A DNA stretch of 64,000 nt from Marinovum sp. (GTDB lineage Bacteria > Pseudomonadota > Alphaproteobacteria > Rhodobacterales > Rhodobacteraceae). The translations under genes were made by a program, and so were the position numbers. Each line of letters opens with the position of its first letter. The first letter of the stretch is position 1. This document shows positions 20,228 to 32,452 of this stretch, one piece after another. The stretch is from positions 20,420 through 84,419 of the forward strand of contig NZ_JBLXEC010000018.1 of assembly GCF_048263515.1 (NCBI RefSeq). The letters run 5' to 3'. The notes under the pieces were generated by a model. It did no database searches. It saw only the letters and a list, made by a program, of their open reading frames with translations, and had not been told where the DNA came from.

Positions 20228-20796
20228 GAGAGACTCATCAGAATACGGGCTCCGGCATCGGTAAGGTGATCGCGGAACAGCGCGCGTTCGTCGGGCGTCA
20301 GGACCTGATGACGAGGATAGCGCGGCACGGCCCGGTCGTCGAGGATCGGCGCCTCCCAGCCGTCGGTGGTGGCGATGAAACCGGTGACGCCCTCGGGGCC
20401 GTAGCGATGCAGATAGCCCTGCAGTACGCACTCGAGATAGGACATCAGGATCGGGTTGGCCGCGCTCGGCGCGCGGTGCCGGTCGGCGGGAATGGCATAG
20501 GTCGCGATGTCGAGCGCCTGCGGCGCGTCATGCTCGATCTGGGCGCTGGCGGCGAGCCGATCATAGGCGTGTTCGCGGGCATCGAGCGCCGCCCAGTCGC
20601 CGCCGGGCACGGCGGCAATCACCCCGTCGATCACGCAGAGATCATCCGGCACTGCCGTCAGGAAGGAGACCGGCCTGAGATCGCTGTGCCGCCACGCCCG
20701 GCGCCAGCCACGGGCGCGGGCAGGGCGCACCTGACCGAAAGCGTGGGTTGCGGTGTTGACGAGCGAGCCGTATCCGAAAAAAAAAGGATCATTCAT
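20224..20796 (-). CDS. Gamma-glutamylcyclotransferase (ChaC-like) family protein
   Basis: FFGYGSLVN and LDAREHAY motifs. Confidence 0.8.
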   Translation of the reverse strand: MNDPFFFGYGSLVNTATHAFGQVRPARARGWRRAWRHSDLRPVSFLTAVPDDLCVIDGVIAAVPGGDWAALDAREHAYDRLAASAQIEHDAPQALDIATYAIPADRHRAPSAANPILMSYLECVLQGYLHRYGPEGVTGFIATTDGWEAPILDDRAVPRYPRHQVLTPDERALFRDHLTDAGARILMSLS

Positions 20797-20888
20797 GATG
20801 TAACTTTGTGTCAGCAGTGACGAAAGTCAAACAGTCGATTTCCTTTCTGTGGCATGGTATTAACATAGTTATTGACAGGGGTTCATCT

Positions 20889-21338
20889 ATGCGTGTCACC
20901 AAGCGTACAAATATCGCCATACGGGTGTTAATGTATTGCGCCGACAATTCCGGACGACTGGTGACCAAATCGGAAATTGCGACCCGCTGCAGCGCGTCGG
21001 AAAACCATGTGGCTCAGGTAGTTAACCAATTAGGGCAGCTTGGATTTCTGAAAACCCATCGCGGCCGGAATGGCGGATTGGAATTGGCCCGCGTGCCGCA
21101 TGACATCTGTATCGGCGAGGTGTTTCGCGCGGTGGAAGTCGCGGTGCCGGCGACCGAATGCACGAATGATTGTGATGGCAATTGCCCATTGATCGCGGCC
21201 TGCCGTCTGCGCCATGCCCTGGCCGAGGCCTGCGAGGCGTTTTATGCGCAGCTCGATGCGCTGTCGCTCGACATGCTGGTCGGCGGCAATCCGGCGCTTC
21301 TGGACGCGATTGCACCGCAGGCCAGCGCGCATCCGTGA
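20889..21338 (+). CDS. Rrf2-family (NsrR/IscR-like) transcriptional regulator
   Basis: MRVTKRT..AIRVLMY, RGRNGGLELAR, Cys cluster ECTNDCDGNCPLIAAC. Confidence 0.9.
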   Translation: MRVTKRTNIAIRVLMYCADNSGRLVTKSEIATRCSASENHVAQVVNQLGQLGFLKTHRGRNGGLELARVPHDICIGEVFRAVEVAVPATECTNDCDGNCPLIAACRLRHALAEACEAFYAQLDALSLDMLVGGNPALLDAIAPQASAHP

Positions 21339-21383
21339 ACGTTTTGCCGTTGTCAAAGCCTTGGCCCATCGCATAAAGTCGCC

Positions 21384-21545
21384 GCGACTCGACGGGAGAA
21401 CCGGCCATGCCGGTGCCGAAGGAGCAACCGCCCCGGAAACTCTCAGGCCCCGAGGACCGTCGAAGTCGCAAAAATCTGGAGAGATCCCGGCCTTGTCCGG
21501 GGCGCCGAAGGGATAACGATCTCAGGCAGAAGGACAGATGGGGCA
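21384..21545 (+). promoter_or_regulatory. Tandem glycine riboswitch
   Basis: Two aptamers with GGAGA...GCCGAAGG...CTC(A)GG signatures; P1 GCGACTCGACGG/CCGTCGAAGTCGC; upstream of gcvT. Confidence 0.93.
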
Positions 21546-21632
21546 TCGCCGAGCTGACCTGCGGGTCAGGGATTGGGGATGCCGGTTTGTATCCGAAAGA
21601 CGGACACTCCGGCCCGGAACGGGAGATGGAAG

Positions 21633-22769
21633 GTGTCTGACGAGGACGAGGCGCTGAAGCGCACGCCGCTATACGATCTGCATGTGGACCTGGGCGCCAA
21701 GATGGTGCCCTTTGCCGGCTACGAGATGCCGGTGCAATATCCGCTGGGGGTGCTCAAGGAGCACCAGCACACCCGCGCCAAGGCCGGGCTGTTCGATGTC
21801 AGCCACATGGGCCAGGTGGTGCTGCGCGCCAAGGACCCGGAGGTGGCGAAGACGGCTCTGGAAGGTCTGGTGCCGGTCGATGTGTTGGGTCTGGCCGAAG
21901 GGCGCCAGCGCTACGGGTTCTTCACCAATGATCACGGCGGCATAGAAGACGACCTGATGATCGCCAACCGCGGCGACCATCTGTTTGTCGTGGTCAATGC
22001 CGCCTGCAAGCAGGCCGACATCGCGCGGATGCGCGCGGCGCTCGAGCCCGAGGTCACGGTCAAGGAAATCACCGGCCGCGCGCTTCTGGCGCTGCAGGGC
22101 CCGGCCTCCGAGGCGGTGCTGGCCGAGCATCATCCGGGCGTGAAAGACATGAAATTCATGGACGTCGAGACCCTGCCGATTGCCGGCGCCGAATGCTGGG
22201 TGTCGCGCTCGGGCTATACCGGCGAGGACGGTTTCGAGATCTCGGTGCCAGAGGCGGCGGCGGTCGATCTGGCGCGCGCACTGCTGGCGCATGAGGATGT
22301 CGAGCCGATCGGGCTTGGCGCCCGCGACAGTCTGCGGCTCGAGGCCGGGCTTTGCCTCTATGGCCACGACATCGACAGCGACACCACGCCGGTTTCCGCA
22401 GGTCTGACCTGGGCGATGCAGAAGGTGCGCCGCCCCGGTGGCGACCGCGAAGGCGGCTTTCCCGGTGCTGCCGAGATCTTCAGCGACCTGGCCGAAGGCT
22501 GCGGGCAGAAACGCGTGGGTCTGAAGCCCGAGGGCCGCGCGCCGATGCGCGAAGGTGTCGAGATATTTGCCGAGGACAGCGGTGGCGAGGCGGTCGGCCG
22601 GGTCACCTCGGGCAGTTTCGGCCCGACGGTCGGCGGCCCGGTGGCGATGGGCTATGTCTCGACAGCCCTCGCAGCCGAGGGCAGGCTGCTTTATGGCGAG
22701 GTACGCGGCAAGCGGCTGCCGGTCAGGGTGGCCAAGCTGCCCTTCGTCGCGCCAGGTTTCAAGAGATAG
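21633..22769 (+). CDS. gcvT: Glycine cleavage system aminomethyltransferase T
   Basis: KRTPLY, GLFDVSHMGQ, SGYTGEDGFE, GLGARDSLRLEAG; GTG start. Confidence 0.95.
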   Translation: MSDEDEALKRTPLYDLHVDLGAKMVPFAGYEMPVQYPLGVLKEHQHTRAKAGLFDVSHMGQVVLRAKDPEVAKTALEGLVPVDVLGLAEGRQRYGFFTNDHGGIEDDLMIANRGDHLFVVVNAACKQADIARMRAALEPEVTVKEITGRALLALQGPASEAVLAEHHPGVKDMKFMDVETLPIAGAECWVSRSGYTGEDGFEISVPEAAAVDLARALLAHEDVEPIGLGARDSLRLEAGLCLYGHDIDSDTTPVSAGLTWAMQKVRRPGGDREGGFPGAAEIFSDLAEGCGQKRVGLKPEGRAPMREGVEIFAEDSGGEAVGRVTSGSFGPTVGGPVAMGYVSTALAAEGRLLYGEVRGKRLPVRVAKLPFVAPGFKR

Positions 22770-22787
22770 GTCCAACAGGAGACGACC

Positions 22788-23150
22788 ATGAAATACACCG
22801 AAGAACATGAATGGCTGGAAGCCGATGACGAGGGCGTCGTGACCGTGGGCATCACCGCCCATGCCGCCGAGCAACTGGGCGACGTGGTCTTTGTCGAACT
22901 GCCCGACGTCGGCGCCTCGGTGAACAAGGACGACGAGATCGTCGTGATCGAGAGCGTCAAGGCCGCCAGCGACATCCTCGCCCCGATCGACGGCGAGATC
23001 GTCGAGGTCAACGAAGCCATCGTCGGCGAGCCCGGCAAGGTCAATGACGATCCCGAAGGCGACGCCTGGTTCTTCAAGATCAAGGCCGAGGACCTCAGCC
23101 AGATGGACGACTACATGGATGAAGCCGCCTACAAGGACTTCATCGGATAA
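22788..23150 (+). CDS. gcvH: Glycine cleavage system H protein
   Basis: MKYTEEHEW, lipoyl site ESVKAASD. Confidence 0.97.
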   Translation: MKYTEEHEWLEADDEGVVTVGITAHAAEQLGDVVFVELPDVGASVNKDDEIVVIESVKAASDILAPIDGEIVEVNEAIVGEPGKVNDDPEGDAWFFKIKAEDLSQMDDYMDEAAYKDFIG

Positions 23151-23233
23151 GCCCTTTCCGCCGGGGGCTGCGGGTCTTGCCTGCCAGCCCCCGGTGGAAG
23201 ATTGCCTGGCCAGTTGACGCAGGAGCTGCGCGC

Positions 23234-26083
<2,850 letters not shown>

Positions 26084-26149
26084 GTGATCGGGACGGGGCA
26101 GCGGGGGACCGCTGCTTCGGTGGCCTCTGGCGACGCGCCTTCGATAGAC

Positions 26150-26184
26150 AAAACGGCCGCCCGCTGAAGCAGGCGGCCGTTTTT
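26150..26184 (+). terminator. Intrinsic (bidirectional) terminator after gcvP
   Basis: AAAACGGCCGCC-CGCTGAAGCA-GGCGGCCGTTTTT. Confidence 0.8.
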
Positions 26185-26211
26185 CATAAAGCTTGCAATA
26201 GCCCATACGGT

Positions 26212-26375
26212 GCCGGGCCAGCGGCTGCCCGCGGGGTGCCGCGGCCCCCGCAGTTCGGCAGCGCTTTATCCCGGCCAAATCCGCAGAAGTTCAGGTCGAC
26301 GCGCCCAGCCCAGCCATAGCGGCAGCCCGATGGGGCGGGCAGCCGCTGGCCCGGCGGGCTTCGCCCTTGTTCCGG
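26212..26375 (-). repeat. Diverged inverted copy of the 5.2-kb hairpin element
   Basis: Reverse complement shares CGGAACAAGG..GAAG.CCGCCG.GCCA.CG and TGGCCGGGATAAA; perfect 21-bp arms 26212-26232/26335-26355. Confidence 0.8.
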
Positions 26376-26400
26376 GCCGGGACGATATTCGAAGGGGGGC

Positions 26401-26423
26401 GGTGGGGTGGAACCCCACCCTAC
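26401..26423 (-). repeat. Isolated REP of the RAYT family
   Basis: Reverse complement GTAG-GGTGGGGT-TCC-ACCCCACC. Confidence 0.85.
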
Positions 26424-26457
26424 GCGGTTTCGCCGGCGGGATTTCCCGCAGACCCGC

Positions 26458-27351
26458 TCACTCCGCGAGGCTCTCGCTCTCGGGCTTCGGACCCAGCAGG
26501 AAGCCAAGCTCTGCCGCCACGGTGTTCCAGGCCGCCTCGGAGCCGGCGCAGAGCAGGTAGCCTTCTTTCTCGGCCACCGAATATTCCCGCCCGTCGAGGA
26601 ACGCCACGTGACCGCCGGCCTTCTGGCACAGCAGCACACCGGCGGCGTGATCCCAAGGCGTCATCTTGCACGACAGCACGAAATCGCAATGCCCCTCGGC
26701 CAGCAGCCGGTACTCATGCGCCGAGCAGCGCAGCGCATCCGGCCGGCCGATCCGCGGATAGAGCGCCGCGACCTGCGGCTGCACATCCGCGGGCATCAGC
26801 TTGAGGTGAATGTAGCCCACCATCTCGGCCAGGGTCTTCGGCTCGGCGGTGGTCAGCGTGCGGCGCCGGCCGCGCGGGCCGGTCCAGGTGGTCAGGCTGT
26901 CTTCATCCGCCACCACCACGTCATCGTTGAGCGGGTCGTAGATCATGCCGTAGACCGGCTTGCCGAAGCGCGTCGCCGCGACCATCGTGCCAAAGAGCGA
27001 CAGCCCGTGGGCAAAGTTCCATGTGCCGTCGACCGGATCGATCAGAAAGCCCAGTTCGGCATCGCCCAGGGCATCGAGGATCTTCGGATCGCGCGAGGCC
27101 GCCTCTTCACCGACGATCACCGCCGAGGGAAAGGCCATCTGCAAGCCGCGGGTGATCATCGCCTCGGCAGCCTCGTCGGCGGCGGTGACGAGGTCGAGCT
27201 TGGATGTCTTCTCGGAGATCTCCGACGGGTCGAGCGCGCGGAACCGCGGCAGGATCTCGGCCTTGGCGGCGCGGCGGACGAGATTGAGAAGCGCTGTCTT
27301 CTGCGCGCGGGTCAGCGGCGCATGCACGGCCATCGGCAGGTTGTCTGACAT
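26458..27351 (-). CDS. Inositol monophosphatase family protein
   Basis: DLVTAADEAAE, GEE, IDPVDGTWNF, PWDHAAG. Confidence 0.92.
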   Translation of the reverse strand: MSDNLPMAVHAPLTRAQKTALLNLVRRAAKAEILPRFRALDPSEISEKTSKLDLVTAADEAAEAMITRGLQMAFPSAVIVGEEAASRDPKILDALGDAELGFLIDPVDGTWNFAHGLSLFGTMVAATRFGKPVYGMIYDPLNDDVVVADEDSLTTWTGPRGRRRTLTTAEPKTLAEMVGYIHLKLMPADVQPQVAALYPRIGRPDALRCSAHEYRLLAEGHCDFVLSCKMTPWDHAAGVLLCQKAGGHVAFLDGREYSVAEKEGYLLCAGSEAAWNTVAAELGFLLGPKPESESLAE

Positions 27352-27475
27352 GGTGGTCTCCGATTCTGGCGGAAGTTCTGTGGGGTTTGCCAGTCAGGGG
27401 GCATGGGTTCAAGAGAAGCTTTGGCGCAGCGCCCGATCCGGGGTATGTTTCCCGGGGCAGCACAGGACGACGGCC

Positions 27476-27961
27476 ATGACCCCATCCGCCAAGGTGGCGA
27501 CCTGCCTCTGGTTCGAAAAGGACGGGTTGGAAGCCGCCCGGTTCTATACGTCGCTTCTGCCCGGGTCGGAGATCCTGACCACGCAGACCTTCGACCACAT
27601 GGCCACCGGAGAGGCGGACGGCGTCAAGGTGATCACCTTCACGCTTGCCGGGGCGCCTTTCGTGATCCTCGAGGCCGGACCCTACCAATCCCACAGCGAC
27701 ATGGTGTCGATCCTGATCACGACGGAGGATCAGGCCGAGACCGACAGGCTGTGGCACAGCCTGACCGCGGATGGCGGGCAGGGGGTGCAGTGCGGCTGGC
27801 TGAAGGACCGTTGGGGCATCACCTGGCAGATCACGCCGCGCCGGATTGCCGAACTGACGGCGCTGGGCGACCGGGCAAAGACCCGCGCGCTGATGCAGGC
27901 GATGCAGCCGATGGTGAAGCTGGACATCGCGGCGCTCGAGGCGGCCTATCACGCCGGCTGA
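27476..27961 (+). CDS. VOC/PhnB family protein (3-demethylubiquinone-9 methyltransferase-like)
   Basis: TCLWF, QCGWLKDRWGITWQI. Confidence 0.88.
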   Translation: MTPSAKVATCLWFEKDGLEAARFYTSLLPGSEILTTQTFDHMATGEADGVKVITFTLAGAPFVILEAGPYQSHSDMVSILITTEDQAETDRLWHSLTADGGQGVQCGWLKDRWGITWQITPRRIAELTALGDRAKTRALMQAMQPMVKLDIAALEAAYHAG

Positions 27962-30478
27962 CTATTCCCGCGCACGCAGCACCCGCGCCGGGCGCGCCGC
28001 CAGTGGTCGCCAGGCAAAGCCCAGACCCGCCAGCAGAGTCGCCAGCACGCCGCCCAGCACGATCAGCAGGGCCGAGCGCCATTGCACCGCGAAATCCACC
28101 TCCATCACGTAGGTCATCACCGCCCAGCCGCCGATGACCCCCGCCGCCAGCGCTACCAGACCGGCGGCCGCTCCCAGCAATGCCGAGCGCAGGGCAAAGC
28201 TCTGCAGGATGCGCGCCCGCGCGGCGCCCAGCGTCTTGAGCACCGCCGCCTCGTAGGTGCGCGCCTGTTCGCCTGCCGCCGCCGCGCCGATCAGCACCAG
28301 AAAGCCGGTCAAGAGCGTCGCTGCCGCGCCCCAGGCGGTGGCCGAGGCGATGCCGCCCATGATCTCGGCCACCCGGTCGACCGCGTCGCGCACCCGGATC
28401 GCGGTGATGTTGGGATAGGCCGAGGCCAGATCGCGCAGGATCGCCGCCTCGGCCTCTTCCTCGGCATAGACGGTCGAGATGAAGCTGTGCGGCGCGCCTT
28501 CCAGCGCGGCGGCGTTCATCGACATGACGAAGCCGATGCCGGCGGTCGAGAAATCCACCTCGCGGAACGAGGCGATGGTGGCGGTGATGTCACGGGCGAG
28601 GATGTTGACGGTCAGCTCGTCACCGAGCTTGAGCCCGAGCTCGGCGCCTTCCTCGGCGGCAAAGCTGATCAGCGGCGGGCCGGTGTAATCCTCGGGCCAC
28701 CACTCGCCTTGGGTCAGCGTCGTGTCCTCGGGCAGGGCGGCGGAATAGGTGATGCCCCGGTCGCCGCGCACCACCCAATGATCGCCGGCGACGTCGCGCG
28801 CCGGCTGGCCGTTGATCTGGGTGAGGATGCCGCGCAGCATCGGCGCGCTCTGCACCTTCGACACCGCCGGGTCCTCGTCGAGCCTGGCGCGGAAGCCGGG
28901 CATCTGGTCTTTCTGGATGTCGACGAAGAAGAACGACGGCGCCACGTCGGGCAGGTCGGTCTGGATCGCGGCGCGCATGTTGCCCTCGATCTGGCCCACT
29001 GCCGCCAGCACCGACAGCCCGAGGCCCAGCGACAGCACGGTCGAGGCCGCGCCTTCCTGCGCGCCCGAGATCGCCGAGAGCGCCCAGCGGAGCGCCGGGC
29101 GGTGGCGCGCGGCGCGCTGGCTGCGGCGGGCGGCCCAGCGGATCGCCATGGCGGCCAAGGCCAGCACGGTCAGCGCCGCGAGGATGCCGCCGGCGGTCCA
29201 GAGCGTCAGCATCGACGAGCCGGAAAACAGTGCCGCTGCACCGATCAACCCGGCCAGCAGTGCCAGGGTCACCACCACATGCGGCCAGCGCGGCAGCAGC
29301 CGCGCGCCGCCCAGAGCGTCGCGGAAGAGCGTGGCGGGGCGGATTTCCTCGGTGCGGGCCAAGGGCCAGAGGGTAAAGATCAGCGCGGTGAAGATGCCAT
29401 AGAGCGCCGCTTCTAACAGCGGCCCGGGGTGCACGGCAAAGACCGCCGGCACCGGCAAGAGGCTCTGCAACAGCGGGCCCAGCGCCAGCGGCACCAGAGC
29501 GCCGAGGCTGAGGCCGATGGCGATGCCCAAGAGGCTGAGCGCGCCGATCTGCAGGAAATAGGTCAGGAAGATCACCTGCCGCGTGGCGCCCAGCGTGCGC
29601 AGGGTGGCGATCACCGAGGTCTTGGAGGCGAGGTAGGCCCGCACCGCCGCCGAGACGCCGACACCGCCCACCGCCAGCCCCGAGAGACCCACGAGGATCA
29701 GGAAGCTGCTCAGCCGGTCGACAAAGCGCGAGATGCCGGGCGCGCCATTGCGGGCATCGCGATATCGCCCGCCGACCTCGGTAAAGCGCTCGCGCGCCTC
29801 GGCCTTGAAGGCATCGAGATCGGTGCCGGTGGGCAGGGCCATGCGGTAATGCGTCTCGAAGAGCGTGCCGGGCTGCAGCAGGCCCGAGGTCGCAAGTGCT
29901 TCGGTGCGGACCAGCGTGCGCGGCCCGAGGGAAAAGCCGCCGCCGGCGTCGTCAGGCTCGACCGTGAGCAGGGCGCTCAGGGTGAAGGTGCCGGTGCCCA
30001 GCTGGAAGGTGTCGCCGGGCGTCAGGGCCAGCCGGTCGGCCAGCACCGGCGCCATCACCGCGCCCTGGCCGGCAAGTGCCTCGTCGAGCGGCATCTCCGG
30101 GTCGAGCGTGACCTGGCCCACCAGTGGATAGGCGTCGTCGACGGATTTGACCTGGGTCAGCGCGCGTTCGGTCTCGCCGTCGCGGGTAACCACGACCATC
30201 GAACGGAAATCGGTGATCTCCGAGACTGCCAGCGCCCGCTCGCTCATCCAGGCGCGCTCCTCGGGCTCGGCAAAGCGGTAGGTCAGGCGGACCTCGGCGT
30301 CGCCGCCCAGCAGCTCGGCGCCTTTCTCGGTCAGGCCGAGCTCGATCGAGGTGCGCACCATGCCGATGCCGGCAATCGCGGCGACACCCAGTGCCAGGCA
30401 CGCAAGGAAGATGCGAAAGCCGCGCAGGCCGCCACGCAGCTCGCGTCGGGCCAGTCGGGCCGCGGTGGCAAGGCTCAT
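27962..30478 (-). CDS. FtsX-like ABC transporter permease (YbbP-like)
   Basis: RRELRGG start, LLGGD, two IATLRTLGA/AVLKTLGA FtsX motifs, PSFFFVDIQ. Confidence 0.9.
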   Translation of the reverse strand: MSLATAARLARRELRGGLRGFRIFLACLALGVAAIAGIGMVRTSIELGLTEKGAELLGGDAEVRLTYRFAEPEERAWMSERALAVSEITDFRSMVVVTRDGETERALTQVKSVDDAYPLVGQVTLDPEMPLDEALAGQGAVMAPVLADRLALTPGDTFQLGTGTFTLSALLTVEPDDAGGGFSLGPRTLVRTEALATSGLLQPGTLFETHYRMALPTGTDLDAFKAEARERFTEVGGRYRDARNGAPGISRFVDRLSSFLILVGLSGLAVGGVGVSAAVRAYLASKTSVIATLRTLGATRQVIFLTYFLQIGALSLLGIAIGLSLGALVPLALGPLLQSLLPVPAVFAVHPGPLLEAALYGIFTALIFTLWPLARTEEIRPATLFRDALGGARLLPRWPHVVVTLALLAGLIGAAALFSGSSMLTLWTAGGILAALTVLALAAMAIRWAARRSQRAARHRPALRWALSAISGAQEGAASTVLSLGLGLSVLAAVGQIEGNMRAAIQTDLPDVAPSFFFVDIQKDQMPGFRARLDEDPAVSKVQSAPMLRGILTQINGQPARDVAGDHWVVRGDRGITYSAALPEDTTLTQGEWWPEDYTGPPLISFAAEEGAELGLKLGDELTVNILARDITATIASFREVDFSTAGIGFVMSMNAAALEGAPHSFISTVYAEEEAEAAILRDLASAYPNITAIRVRDAVDRVAEIMGGIASATAWGAAATLLTGFLVLIGAAAAGEQARTYEAAVLKTLGAARARILQSFALRSALLGAAAGLVALAAGVIGGWAVMTYVMEVDFAVQWRSALLIVLGGVLATLLAGLGFAWRPLAARPARVLRARE

Positions 30479-31167
30479 TCCGCGGCCTCGCGCAGGCTGG
30501 TGTCGAGACGGCCATCGCGCAGGCGCACCACGCGGTCGCAGCGGGCGGCCAGCGCCGGGGCATGGGTGACCAGCACCAGCGTCGCGCCGTGGCGGTCGCG
30601 CAGGTCGAAGAGCAGGTCCATGATTGCGCCGCCGTTGGTTTCGTCGAGATTGCCGGTGGGCTCGTCCGCCAGCAGGATATGCGGCCTGGGCGCCGAGGCG
30701 CGGGCCAGCGCCACGCGCTGCTGCTCGCCCCCCGACATCTGCGCCGGGTAGTGATCGGCGCGGCTGCCCAGCCCCACCGCCTCGAGCTCGGCGGCGGCGC
30801 GGTCAAAGGCATCGCGGTGGCCGGCCAGCTCCAGCGGTGTGGCGACATTTTCCAGCGCGGTCATGGTGGGGATCAGGTGAAAGCTCTGGAACACCACGCC
30901 CATGTGATCGCGGCGAAAGCGCGCCAGCGCATCCTCGTTCATCGTGCCGAAATCCTGTCCCAGCACCGTCACGCTGCCGCCTGTGGCCCGCTCGAGCCCG
31001 CCCATCAGCATCAGGAGCGAGGATTTGCCCGATCCCGACGGCCCGATCAGCCCGATGGATTCGCCTTTCGTCACGTCGAGCGAGATGCCATGCAGGATCT
31101 CGACCCTGCCGGCATTGCCATCGAGCGCAAGGTGCACATCTTTAAGCAAGAGAACGGGATCAGACAT
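30475..31167 (-). CDS. ABC transporter ATP-binding protein (YbbA-like)
   Basis: GPSGSGKS, MSGGEQQRV, LLADEPTGNLD. Confidence 0.93.
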   Translation of the reverse strand: MSDPVLLLKDVHLALDGNAGRVEILHGISLDVTKGESIGLIGPSGSGKSSLLMLMGGLERATGGSVTVLGQDFGTMNEDALARFRRDHMGVVFQSFHLIPTMTALENVATPLELAGHRDAFDRAAAELEAVGLGSRADHYPAQMSGGEQQRVALARASAPRPHILLADEPTGNLDETNGGAIMDLLFDLRDRHGATLVLVTHAPALAARCDRVVRLRDGRLDTSLREAAE

Positions 31168-31861
31168 GCAAAGGGCCTTTCGGGCAATGTATCAGCTTTT
31201 GACATATGGGGGTTGTGCCCGCCTGAGCAAGGCGGTCGCGGCGGTTTTGACGCTGGCTGCGCCGGCGGCGGCGGACGAGTTGGAGATCCTGGCGCTGGGC
31301 GACAGCCTGATCCAGGGCTACGGGCTGATGGCCGAAGAGGGCTTCGTGCCGCAGATGCAGGAGTGGCTGACAGAGCAGGGCCACGCGGTGACCCTGATCA
31401 ACGGCGGCGTCTCTGGCGACACCACGGCGGGTGGCCTCGCGCGGGTGGCCTGGAGCCTCTCGCCCGAGGTCGACGCGATGATCGTGGCTTTGGGCGGCAA
31501 CGACGTGCTGCGCGGCATCGATCCCGGCGTGGCGCGGGCCAACCTCGACGGCATCCTCAAGGTCGCGGCAGAGCAGGACCTGCCGGTGCTGCTGGTGCCG
31601 ATGCGCGCGCCGGGGAATTACGGCCCGGACTACAAGGCGGCGTTTGACGGGATGTATGCGGAACTCGCGGCAGAGCATGGTGCGCTTGAGTCGCCGGCCT
31701 TCTTCGACATCCTGCTGCCCGAGGGCGGCGATCCGGGGCAAGTGTCTGACCTGATGCAGGGCGACGGCATCCACCCGAATGCGGAAGGCGTGGCGCAGAT
31801 CGTCGAGGGGATCGGGCCGCATGTGGAGCGGTTGATCGCGGCGGTTGAGGGCGCATCGTAA
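31166..31861 (+). CDS. Arylesterase / GDSL-SGNH hydrolase (TesA-like)
   Basis: LGDSL, GVSGDTT, LGGND, DGIHPN; start uncertain (31166 or later). Confidence 0.88.
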   Translation: MQRAFRAMYQLLTYGGCARLSKAVAAVLTLAAPAAADELEILALGDSLIQGYGLMAEEGFVPQMQEWLTEQGHAVTLINGGVSGDTTAGGLARVAWSLSPEVDAMIVALGGNDVLRGIDPGVARANLDGILKVAAEQDLPVLLVPMRAPGNYGPDYKAAFDGMYAELAAEHGALESPAFFDILLPEGGDPGQVSDLMQGDGIHPNAEGVAQIVEGIGPHVERLIAAVEGAS

Positions 31862-31879
31862 ACGCCACCCCGCAAATAC

Positions 31880-31908
31880 AAAAAGCCCCACCGAATGGCG
31901 GGGCCTTT
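31880..31908 (-). terminator. Intrinsic terminator of the cold-shock gene
   Basis: Minus strand GGCCCCGCC-ATTC-GGTGGGGCT-TTTT. Confidence 0.75.
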
Positions 31909-31931
31909 CAATCACTTCGAGGCAAGAAGCC

Positions 31932-32138
31932 TTACGCCAGCGCGATGTTCTCGGCGGCTTCGCGGCCATCACGGCCCGGCTTGATGTCGAAGGTGACTTT
32001 CTGGTTGTCGGCGAGGCCGGTCAGGCCGGAGCGCTCAACAGCAGAGATGTGCACGAACACGTCTTTGCTGCCGCCGTCGGGTGCGATGAAACCAAAGCCT
32101 TTGGTGGTGTTGAACCATTTCACAGTGCCAGTGGCCAT
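31932..32138 (-). CDS. Cold-shock protein
   Basis: MATGTVKWFNTTKGFGFI, DVFVHISA. Confidence 0.97.
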   Translation of the reverse strand: MATGTVKWFNTTKGFGFIAPDGGSKDVFVHISAVERSGLTGLADNQKVTFDIKPGRDGREAAENIALA

Positions 32139-32452
32139 GTGTTTACTCCTAGTAGTACTACTGCCCGCGGGATTGCGGCAGGTCGGCTTAGTCAGTGCAG
32201 ATCGAAGGACTGAGCCGTAGAAGGAGCAGCGGTCGATAGATAACTTCGCACGCAAGATATGCGGGTAAGCCGACGCCATTTCAAGGGGAATTTGCGGGGC
32301 TTTCGGCAAGGCGTTGCCGGCGCAAAGGCGGGACACGTTATCCTTGCGTTACGCTAGCGCTATCGCACCCGCTTTGAAGCGCAGACGACCTGTGCGCCGA
32401 TCCACAGGGCAAATGAGAGAGACCCACGCGAGAATCGGGGCGCGCAGGGGTG

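Noticed and set aside
31165-31168. Head-to-head start overlap (CATG) of the ABC ATPase and arylesterase genes
   Set aside because: The tesA/ybbA divergent arrangement is already known and the true arylesterase start may be further downstream
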